A model generated the notes under the pieces. It searched no databases. It saw nothing but the letters and a program-made list of their open reading frames with translations, and was not told the origin of the DNA. Positions 49,591 to 57,611 of a stretch of DNA of 64,000 nt are shown one piece after another; the stretch's first letter is position 1; every line of letters begins with the position of its first letter. This DNA is from Thermodesulfobacteriota bacterium. Lineage in GTDB: Bacteria; Desulfobacterota; Binatia; Bin18. The translations under genes were made by a program, and so were the position numbers. The stretch spans positions 448,001 through 512,000 of the forward strand of contig OZ219926.1 of assembly GCA_964291405.2 (NCBI GenBank), in the 5' to 3' direction.

Positions 49591-50508
49591 TTATGTTACT
49601 GCAGACTCGAGGAATACTAACTGCTGCTGCCCGACATCGAGGCGAACACGGGTACCCAACGGTAGGGCGAAATTCTCTCCGCCGTGCCCGGCCGGCAGAC
49701 CAAACCCAACTGGATAGGAGTAATCTGCAAATGCGTCAGCAATAACAGACAAGAGCAAGGTCGGATCATCTTCCGTTCCCCAACACCCTTGCATATCCCC
49801 AAACACAACCCCTGCCAGATGTTCCAATACACCACCCTGCTTGAGCTGAACTAACATTCTGTCAATACGATACGGCTTTTCGCCAATATCTTCAAGGAAT
49901 AAAATAGCGCCTCGCGGATCAAAAGCAAAGGGTGTCCCCAGTGTTGCGACAAGGACGGACAAACAGCCGCCCAATAACGGCCCCTCAGCCACGCCGGTCC
50001 GGAGGGCCGTCGAGAAGGGCAGCGATGCCTCGCCTGTACCGCGAGTCAGGAGATTGAACAGATGCGCACGGGAGCGTTCGGATAAGCCTTCGGCGAACTC
50101 ACCAGCGACAAGGGGCCCATGAAAGCAGACCAAGCCGGCCCTTTGGACAAACGCATTCAGCAGCAGGGTGACATCGCTATAGCCGACAAAAATTTTCGGC
50201 TGTTGCGAGAAGATCGTAAAATCGAGCAAGGGCAGGAGACGACCGGAGCCATAGCCTGCCCGGCTACAAAAAACCGCCTGAATACTCGGGTCCGTGAACA
50301 TAGCCGTCAACTCCTCAGCCCGAGTCTGGTCCGTCCCTGCGAAGAATCGATCGCGTTGGAGCGCTTGGGCTCCAACCTGGACCGAAAATCCGCACTGCTG
50401 AAGCGCGAGACAACCCTGCTTCAGCTTGTCTTCTTGAACGGCAGCCGCAGGAGAAACAATGCCGATCCGATCGTCTGACTTGAGCCGAGGCGGCTTGTGT
50501 ATGGCCAT
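49591..50508 (-). CDS. ldcA: LD-carboxypeptidase (S66)
   Basis: IVSPA, AG.D..RA.EL, RAGYGS.RLL, FVGYSDVT, GGCLS, FLEDIGE.PYRIDRML, GH. Confidence 0.92.
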   Translation of the reverse strand: MAIHKPPRLKSDDRIGIVSPAAAVQEDKLKQGCLALQQCGFSVQVGAQALQRDRFFAGTDQTRAEELTAMFTDPSIQAVFCSRAGYGSGRLLPLLDFTIFSQQPKIFVGYSDVTLLLNAFVQRAGLVCFHGPLVAGEFAEGLSERSRAHLFNLLTRGTGEASLPFSTALRTGVAEGPLLGGCLSVLVATLGTPFAFDPRGAILFLEDIGEKPYRIDRMLVQLKQGGVLEHLAGVVFGDMQGCWGTEDDPTLLLSVIADAFADYSYPVGFGLPAGHGGENFALPLGTRVRLDVGQQQLVFLESAVT

Positions 50509-50511
50509 CCG

Positions 50512-51648
50512 TTACCGTGCACCAAAGAAGCGCCGCTTGTCCTCAGTGACCCGCGTCTCGTACTTCCGTTCGAGTAAGGCACTGGGCACGTAGAGGGGTT
50601 CGAGGCGTTGGCGCGTCTCCCAGACCTGCTCGCAGGCGGTGACGAGGTGCTTCAGTTGTTCGGGGAATAGTCCTTGAAAGCCGTCTGATTTGGCAATGAG
50701 CGGATTGGGATGGCATTCGACCAGGACGATAGAGGCTCCGGCCATGATGCCGGCCAGGGTCATGGGATGCACCAGATCGCGCAAACCGGTTCCGTGCGAA
50801 GCGTCTATGGCAATCGGCAGACAGGACAATTGATAATGGAAGGCTGCCACTCCACCCAGGTCCAGGGTATTGCGCGTGTATTTATTGGCGCTCAGGATTC
50901 CCCGCTCGCACAGGATGACGTTTTCCTTGCCCAGGGCCATCACCCGCTCGACCCACAATAAATAGGCCTCCATGTCCAGGGAGTTGCCACGTTTATGGAT
51001 GATGGGCAGCGACGTGTCACGCAAGCGGTTCAGCAATGCCTGATTTTTGGCATTGGGCTCCCCGATTTGGAAGCAGTCCACTCCCAAGTCCTCGTATATA
51101 GGCACGTCGCCTGGGTCGAGAACTTCAACAACGGTCGGCAACTCGAATGCCCGTCCGGCTTTGACGATCAGATTGAGACCGTTGCGCAAAGCCTCGTCGG
51201 AGCTCGATCCAATGCCCTCCCAGCCGCTATACGGACTGGAACGGTATTTGACCACCCCGCCACGCAGCACTTTCCCCCCGGCTTCTTTGACAATCCGGGC
51301 GGCTTCCATAATCTGGGCCTCACTCTCAACCGAGCACGGGCCGGCAATGACCGTAATTTCGTCGCCCCCAACCTCGACCTCACCGATCTGGACGCGCTGA
51401 TGCATGAGGTTGTCGGGCGAGCCCTTTTGCGCCGCTCGTTTATACGCTCGCGAGATAGGAATCAGACTCTCTACGCCGCCCATTTCTTGGACTTCGCCAG
51501 TCGGCAGGCGGGTAATATCTCCATACACCCCGATCAGGGTAATCTCCTCACCAACCATTTTGCCGGTTTTATAGCCCCAGCCATGCAGTTTTTTTTCAAC
51601 AGCGGTAACTTCGTCTTGGGTTGCCCGCTTCGTCATTTTAATCAGCAT
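50512..51648 (-). CDS. DAHP synthase type I-beta homologue with N-terminal regulatory domain and atypical active-site motifs
   Basis: IAGPCSVES, LRGG, KRG, LCERGI, RNTLDL, DASHGTG, ECHPNP, SDG retained; KYRS and QIGEPN replace canonical KPRT and QIGARN. Confidence 0.85.
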   Translation of the reverse strand: MLIKMTKRATQDEVTAVEKKLHGWGYKTGKMVGEEITLIGVYGDITRLPTGEVQEMGGVESLIPISRAYKRAAQKGSPDNLMHQRVQIGEVEVGGDEITVIAGPCSVESEAQIMEAARIVKEAGGKVLRGGVVKYRSSPYSGWEGIGSSSDEALRNGLNLIVKAGRAFELPTVVEVLDPGDVPIYEDLGVDCFQIGEPNAKNQALLNRLRDTSLPIIHKRGNSLDMEAYLLWVERVMALGKENVILCERGILSANKYTRNTLDLGGVAAFHYQLSCLPIAIDASHGTGLRDLVHPMTLAGIMAGASIVLVECHPNPLIAKSDGFQGLFPEQLKHLVTACEQVWETRQRLEPLYVPSALLERKYETRVTEDKRRFFGAR

Positions 51649-51718
51649 AGTTATACCTCAGCGATTGCTTGCTCCAGCAAGAGAAGAGAAAAGACAAAAA
51701 TAGGCCTGCGATATGAAC

Positions 51719-51744
51719 AAAAAAGATGTGCCCCCTAGGGGGCA
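51719..51744 (-). terminator. Candidate attenuator hairpin
   Basis: Perfect 16-bp palindrome TGCCCCCTAGGGGGCA (51729-51744), followed on the minus strand by CATC and T6 (51719-51724). Confidence 0.6.
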
Positions 51745-51794
51745 AAATAGAAAGCGAAGGAAAACGGTGAAGAAGAGAGCCGATCCGCCATCAT
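51735..51794 (-). CDS. Putative Phe/Tyr-rich attenuation leader peptide MMADRLSSSPFSFAFYFAP
   Basis: ATG ATG GCG GAT CGG CTC TCT TCT TCA CCG TTT TCC TTC GCT TTC TAT TTT GCC CCC TAG; 4 Phe and 1 Tyr within 7 codons, directly upstream of the DAHP synthase gene. Confidence 0.7.
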   Translation of the reverse strand: MMADRLSSSPFSFAFYFAP

Positions 51795-51801
51795 CTTTCT
51801 A

Positions 51802-51831
51802 CCACTACCGCTTCTGCTGAAGCGTTGTCAA
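51802..51831 (-). promoter_or_regulatory. Putative promoter of the leader/DAHP synthase transcript
   Basis: Perfect TTGACA (51826-51831), 18 nt spacer, weak -10 TAGTGG; the spacer contains the inverted repeat CGCTTC-N4-GAAGCG. Confidence 0.45.
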
Positions 51832-51859
51832 TATGGCTGACCGGGGAAACAGGTGCCGC

Positions 51860-53289
51860 TTACCGAGGCTGCAACGTCATCATCACTGGTCGATTCGGGC
51901 GCAAGGTAAAAACAGGATCAGGCTCAACCGTACAGCCGGGAATCAAGCTCAGTCGATATTTTTGGCCCACCGTTGCCAGGACGAGCTGGGCTTCCATGAG
52001 GGCAAAGGTATTGCCAATACATTGATGCGGACCCCCGCCAAACGGGAAGTAGGCGTAGCGCTGACGTTCAGCCACCTGTTCGGGCGTAAAGCGTTCGGGT
52101 TCAAAACCCTCCGGATTGTCCCAGATATCAGGCCGCCGGTGGGTGACGTACGGGCTGACGATCATTATTCCGCCCTTCTGAATCTTGAAGCGACCAATCA
52201 CATCATCCGCGACGATGCCGCGACCTATCGCCCAGGCCGCCGGATACAGCCGCATGGTCTCTTCAATAATCATGCGGCTGTATGGGAGTTGGGACAGGTC
52301 TGCGGCGTTTGGCGCACGGCCTCCGAGTACCGTATCCAATTCGGCGTGCAGCTTACGTGCCACCTCTGGATGTTTGGAGAGGAGATACCAGACCCAGGCC
52401 AGCGTGACGGCGGTCGTTTCGTTGCCCGCGCCAATAAAAGTCGTGACCTCATTACGGAGTTCCTGATCGGTTAAGCCCTCGCCGGTCTCTTCGTCTCTCG
52501 CGGCCAGCAACATGCCCAGCAAATCGTTTGGTCCGTCGGTGTTCAGCGCGAGGTTCTTGCGGCGTTCCCGAATAATGCCGAAGACTCTCTCATCGGACAG
52601 CTGCGCGGCTTTCTGAAGACGTCGATTGGCCGGAGTTGGGACCCAGAGCGGCAGGGAGAGCGGGCGCCGCGTGCGCCGACTCAGATATTCCAGGGTGATC
52701 CGCGACCACTGCCGCATCTCATCGGTATCAGTCGCACTGAGATCGGTACTGAACAGCGCCCGGCCGACAATCGTCGTGGCCAAGTCCTGCATTTCGGTCA
52801 TTACATCAAGGGGTTTGTCTGCCTGCTGGACTCTGGCCCAGCGCTCCAGCATGGCCGTGGTCTCATCGACCATGGTTGTCGCAAAATTCTCAATCTGCCG
52901 GCGGTGAAACGCGGGCTGAGCCAGCCTCCGCCGTCGGCGCCAGACCTCACCCTCGCTGGTGATGAGGCCGTTGCCAAAGACCTGCTTCACCACTTCATTG
53001 AAAGCAGATTGCCTACTGTAGTTGTGATTATTGCCCTGTAAGACGTGTTGGACGTCGTCTGGATGACTAACAAAGTAAAACTGCCACGCTCCGGCCCCCA
53101 TGCGGACAACATCCCCATACTCTCGCGCCAGGTCTATATAGATACGTGTCAGGTCACGGGGTGAGCCAAACACAAGAAAAGAAAGGAAGCCGAGGAGATT
53201 TGTGGGGGGCCGGGAGGGTCGATTATCACTTGTGACTGAGCGGGTCGTGAGTGAAGTTCGGGCTCGACCGCTTGGGCATCAGTTTGCAT
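51860..53289 (-). CDS. Cytochrome P450, apparent frameshift in a C6 run near the 5' end
   Basis: AGNETT, EETMRLYP, PERF and FPFGGGPHQCIG heme motif. RBS-preceded ATG 53289 (MQTDAQ...DPPGPP) is one base out of frame with the main ORF at 53204-53209. Confidence 0.88.
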
Positions 53290-53414
53290 CTCCTGCCTCC
53301 TTGGGGGATATATGTTTGGACTCGGATCGGCTAAATAGTCTGTATTCGTGCCTCGGTTTGGCTGATAATGAGCCTAACACAGGGAGCAGAGAAAATCCTG
53401 GAAAAACAACGCTA

Positions 53415-53447
53415 TTCCGGTAGTGTTATGGTAGTATTTCGGTAGCG
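53415..53447 (+). promoter_or_regulatory. Three 11-bp-period direct repeats (candidate winged-helix regulator site)
   Basis: TTCCGGTAGTG TTATGGTAGTA TTTCGGTAGCG in the divergent P450/regulator intergenic region. Confidence 0.55.
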
Positions 53448-53453
53448 TCACCA

Positions 53454-54227
53454 GTGACCCCAGACCGACATTACGTCTTTCCGCCCTTTCGCCTCGACCC
53501 AACTAATGCCTGCTTGTGGCGAGACAGTATCCGTATTGCTCTTCGCCCCACCCCTTTTGCCATTCTTCGGTATTTCATCGAACATCCCGGGCAGCTTGTG
53601 ACCAAGGAAGAACTCCTCCGTGCTGTCTGGGCCGACACGCAGGTCAGCGCCGCTGTTCTCAAAGGATATATTCAGCAGATTCGTAAAGCTTTGGGGGATG
53701 ACGCGAGAGCGCCACGATTTATTGAGACCGTCCAACGGCGTGGCTATCGCTTCATCGCCCCACTCACCATAGCCCAGCTCCCCCCACGTCTTGATTCCCC
53801 AGGACAGCAACCGCTCTCCTCCACTCCCCAATCCGCCACTCTCGTGGGCAGAGAAAAAGAACTGGTCCAATTACAGACGTGGTTTGAAGTCGCTCAGTCC
53901 GGTCAGCGCCAGATTGTCTTTGTGAGCGGTGAACCAGGTATTGGGAAGACAACTTTAGTTGAGGCGTTTCTTGAGCGTATTGGTCGCATCGACGGTCAAC
54001 GTCAACGCATTGCTCGCGGACAGTGTGTCGAATCGTATGGCACTGGAGAAGCCTACTTGCCTATCCTTGAAGCACTGGGCCGTTTGTGCCGCGTTGGAGA
54101 GCACGAACAGGACAACTCAATCCTGGCCGAGCGGATTACGGGCAAACTCGATGTGCGTAAGGCAGCGGTCCATCTGCCCGACGCCGAGCCTACCCAACTC
54201 AGACGAACTTCCCTGGAGAGACCTTGA
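53454..54227 (+). pseudogene. Truncated winged-helix (Trans_reg_C)-AAA ATPase regulator fused to an HsdS-like C-terminal remnant
   Basis: F.PFRLD, LVTKEELL.AVW, IRKALGD....PRFIETV.RRGYRF, LVGRE.EL, SGEPGIGKT. Similarity ends at EAYLPILEALGRLC, followed by ITGKLDVRKAAVHLPD. Confidence 0.75.
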
Positions 54228-54567
54228 AGATTTTGGCCAGTTTGCGGGCTGTTTTCATACTCACCGGGCGGAGGCCACGTTCCATATTAGACACATGTTG
54301 ACGAGGAATCCCCCCGAGCATTTCGCCTAATCGGGCTTGCGTCAGCCCATGATTCTCTCGGTATATCTTGAGGACATCACCCGGAGTGGTCTTTGATTGA
54401 ATCTCTCGATACCACTCGGTTGCAAAAACATCCAAGACCTCCTCATCACTCTCCTCTGTAAGAAGCAGCTCTTTGCCAAATTCTTCTTCCAAAACCGCAA
54501 TCAGCTTAGGGGGGAGTTCCCCCCTGATGTTGACCTCAATACGGGGCGTTTTCACGACTGCCTGCAT
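54199..54567 (-). CDS. XRE-family HTH antitoxin
   Basis: PGDVLKIYRENHGLTQARLGEMLGGIPRQHVSNMERGLRPVS...A.KLA..F; GAGGTG RBS. Confidence 0.85.
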   Translation of the reverse strand: MQAVVKTPRIEVNIRGELPPKLIAVLEEEFGKELLLTEESDEEVLDVFATEWYREIQSKTTPGDVLKIYRENHGLTQARLGEMLGGIPRQHVSNMERGLRPVSMKTARKLAKIFKVSPGKFV

Positions 54568-54799
54568 AGGACACCTCAATGATGACGGAATTGCGCTCAT
54601 GAGACCAGCAAGCCACCCAACTATGGGCGAGGTGGCAATGGTATTGATCTTTTCCCAGTTTGCTGAAATTTGGCCAATCATTTCTTATTGGACCCTTGTC
54701 ACGTAAATCTTCTACAAGATTGGCCATCTTCTTCTGAATAGGCTCAGGCATTCTGCTTATGCTCTTGAGCGTTTTTCTCTTGATGATGACCTTATACAT
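54536..54799 (-). CDS. RelE/ParE-superfamily toxin
   Basis: Small basic protein Y.V.I......I..MP..IQ......L..L...GP....WPN..KL....YHCHL...W, EV.YAGSRENAPY, upstream of the HTH gene. Confidence 0.78.
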   Translation of the reverse strand: MYKVIIKRKTLKSISRMPEPIQKKMANLVEDLRDKGPIRNDWPNFSKLGKDQYHCHLAHSWVACWSHERNSVIIEVSYAGSRENAPY

Positions 54800-55077
54800 A
54801 TTGAGCATGTAACCGTTATTTGATTACATAGCAAGACGACTCCAGCGAAGGTAAAACTCGAACTGTCCCTCTTCAGGGTATGCGCCTGACACGGGGATAA
54901 AGGACAATCCCAGGAAAGCAACGCACCCGCGTACTTTTAACCTACCGCTCTTTATCATCGGCAATTATATTTGCGTTCTGAAAAAGAATGATTATTGAAA
55001 AGAACGGAACGCTCTAGGCACCGGAGGGTGGACTCTGCCTGCTTGTGCCTGTTTTGATACTGGAAGAGGAGAAAACA

Positions 55078-57042
55078 ATGGGGGAACAATCGAATCAGAC
55101 CGCTGAGACGTTTGCCTTTCAGGCGGAAACCAAACAACTGCTGAATCTCGTTATTCACTCGCTCTATACCAATAAGGATATTTTCCTGCGCGAGCTGATC
55201 TCGAACGCGTCGGATGCGTTGGACAAACTGCGCTTTGAGTCGCTGACGAAGCCTGAGCTGTTGCCAGACGCGGCCGCGCTCGAAATTCGCCTGGAAGTAG
55301 ATAAACAGAGCCGCACGCTCACCATTACCGACAACGGTATTGGCATGAGCCGGGACGAGGTGGTGAGCAATATCGGGACGATTGCCAAATCCGGTACGCG
55401 CGCCCTGCTCGAACAGGTGCGGCAGGACGGACAGTCGCCGGAAGCCTTATCAGAGTTGATTGGCCGTTTTGGCGTTGGTTTTTACTCGGCGTTTATGGTG
55501 GCGGATAAGGTAACCCTGATCACCCGCCGCGCTGGCGAGGACGCCGCCACGGAGTGGGAATCCACGGGAGACGGCGAGTATTCACTGCTAGCAGCCGAGC
55601 GTCCTCAGAGCGGGACCTCAATCGCCCTCCAACTCAAGCCGGCGGACCCTGAAAACGGGATTGAGGATTTCACGGACTCCTGGGTACTGAACAGTATTGT
55701 GAAACGGCACTCCGATTTTGTCACCTATCCGATTAAGAACAAGCAGGAACGTGAAGAAATCGAACGGGATGATGAGGGCAAGCCCAAGGAAGGCGCGCAA
55801 CCGACCATTGTGGTGGAAGACAAGACCCTCAACTCCATGAAGCCCATCTGGACGCGGACACCGTCCGAGGTCACAGAAGACGAATATACCGAGTTCTACA
55901 AGCATATTGCCCACGACTGGAATCCACCGCTCAAGACGCTCAATTTTCGGGCCGAGGGACGCTTTGAGTTTCAGGCTCTGGTTTTCTTGCCCTCACAAGC
56001 CCCATTCGATCTCGCCTTTCATGCCTCGCCGTTCGGGCTCCAACTCTACGCCCAACGGGTCATGATCATGGAGCAGTGCGAAGACCTCATTCCGCGCTAT
56101 CTTCGTTTTCTGAAAGGCGTAGTTGATTCCGCTGACCTGCCACTGAATGTTTCGCGCCAACGGCTCCAGCAGGATCGGCATATTACCCAAATCCGTAATT
56201 GGTTGACCAAAAAAGTGCTGGACTCGTTGAGCACCCTCGCCCAGCAGGATGCGGAGGCTTATCTCAAGTTTTGGGAACAATTTGGTCGGGTCCTCAAAGA
56301 GGGACTGAGTACGGACTTTGAGAATAAAGACCGTATCGCCCCGCTGCTGCTCTTTCCTTCCTCCAAAGACCCGGAAAAGCTCGTCAGTTTGAAAGACTAC
56401 GTCGAACGCATGCCCCTCGCTCAGCCGGAGATTTTCTATTTAACTGGCGAATCCCGGAGCGCGGTTGAGAACTCTCCGCATGTGGAAGCCTTTAAGCAGA
56501 AAGGGCATGAAGTCTTGTATTTGATTGACCCGGTGGATGAGCTCGTCGTGCAATCCCTGACCGAGTTCGAGGGAAAAAAGCTCAAGTCCATTGGGAAAGG
56601 CACGGTCCACATCGGCAGCGAGAGCGAACGGGAGGCGGCAGAGCAAGAGCTTAAACAGAAGTCCGAGGGCTATACGGATTTACTCCAAACGCTCCAGAAA
56701 ATGCTGGACGAACATATTAAAGAAGTCCGCTTGTCCAATCGGCTGACGGCATCTCCCGTCTGTCTAGTCAGCGAGGAGAGCGACCCGAGCCCTCAAATGG
56801 AACGGCTGTTACGCCAGGCTCAGCAAGACCTGCCCAAACAAAAGCGGATCATGGAGCTGAATCCGACCCATCCCCTCTTGGAGAAACTCCAAGCGCGCTT
56901 TCAACATGACAACGATGACCCACACCTGAAGATCTACGCCGAGTTGCTGTTTGGCTATGGCCTCCTGGCCGAGGGTTCGGAACTCCCCGACCCGGTGCGT
57001 TTCAATACCCACCTGGTGGAACTGATGGCGACCAACCTGTAG
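55078..57042 (+). CDS. htpG: Molecular chaperone HtpG (Hsp90)
   Basis: FQAE.KQLL.L.IHSLY.NKDIFLRELISNASDA.DK, DNGIGM, GTIAKSGT, IGRFGVGFYSAF, DLPLNVSR. Confidence 0.97.
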   Translation: MGEQSNQTAETFAFQAETKQLLNLVIHSLYTNKDIFLRELISNASDALDKLRFESLTKPELLPDAAALEIRLEVDKQSRTLTITDNGIGMSRDEVVSNIGTIAKSGTRALLEQVRQDGQSPEALSELIGRFGVGFYSAFMVADKVTLITRRAGEDAATEWESTGDGEYSLLAAERPQSGTSIALQLKPADPENGIEDFTDSWVLNSIVKRHSDFVTYPIKNKQEREEIERDDEGKPKEGAQPTIVVEDKTLNSMKPIWTRTPSEVTEDEYTEFYKHIAHDWNPPLKTLNFRAEGRFEFQALVFLPSQAPFDLAFHASPFGLQLYAQRVMIMEQCEDLIPRYLRFLKGVVDSADLPLNVSRQRLQQDRHITQIRNWLTKKVLDSLSTLAQQDAEAYLKFWEQFGRVLKEGLSTDFENKDRIAPLLLFPSSKDPEKLVSLKDYVERMPLAQPEIFYLTGESRSAVENSPHVEAFKQKGHEVLYLIDPVDELVVQSLTEFEGKKLKSIGKGTVHIGSESEREAAEQELKQKSEGYTDLLQTLQKMLDEHIKEVRLSNRLTASPVCLVSEESDPSPQMERLLRQAQQDLPKQKRIMELNPTHPLLEKLQARFQHDNDDPHLKIYAELLFGYGLLAEGSELPDPVRFNTHLVELMATNL

Positions 57043-57055
57043 GTTTGGGACCGGC

Positions 57056-57553
57056 ATGCCTTTTCGCATTGGTCAGGGCGTAGATATTCACCGGCTCGTG
57101 CCGGGACGCAAGCTGATTCTGGGCGGTGTTGAGGTCCCGTGGGAGAAGGGCCTCCTGGGCCACTCCGATGCCGATGTCGTCTGTCATGCTCTGAGCAACG
57201 CGCTCTTGGGCGCCCTGGGCGAAGGAGACATCGGCCAGCATTTCCCGGATTCCGATCCTCGTTATCGTGGCGTGTCAAGCCTTGCCCTGCTGCGGGTTGT
57301 CATGGAGAAAGTTAAAGCCCAGGGCTACCGCGTGTGCAACGCGGATTTAACCATTCTTGCACAACGGCCAAAGCTCGCCGCCTATAAAGATGCCATGCGT
57401 CAGAACATGGCGGAAGTCCTGGAGGTCGAGCCATCGGCTACGAACATTAAAGCGACCACGGGCGAGACTCTGGGCTTTATCGGGCGCGCAGAAGGCATGC
57501 GGGCCGAGGCCGTTGTCCTTCTGGAGGCCGCTCCCACCGGGACGCCCGACTAG
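57056..57553 (+). CDS. ispF: 2-C-methyl-D-erythritol 2,4-cyclodiphosphate synthase
   Basis: RIGQG.D.H, GL.GHSDADV..HA, GDIG.HFPD.D, NIKATT.E.LGF.GR.EG. Confidence 0.96.
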   Translation: MPFRIGQGVDIHRLVPGRKLILGGVEVPWEKGLLGHSDADVVCHALSNALLGALGEGDIGQHFPDSDPRYRGVSSLALLRVVMEKVKAQGYRVCNADLTILAQRPKLAAYKDAMRQNMAEVLEVEPSATNIKATTGETLGFIGRAEGMRAEAVVLLEAAPTGTPD

Positions 57554-57611
57554 GGCCGTGCCGCCCCGTCTACGAGAGCTTTCCAACCGATCAGCAGGGT
57601 AGGACCGAGGC

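Noticed and set aside
55007-55017. AACGCTCTAG resembling the MITE-like element end, upstream of htpG
   Set aside because: Only a 10-nt match, with no palindromic core or partner end.
55013-55041. CIRCE or sigma32 element upstream of htpG
   Set aside because: TAGGCACCG-N9-CTCTGCCTG matches the CIRCE arms at only about 5/9 and 3/9; the nearby TTGAAA has no CCCCAT -10.
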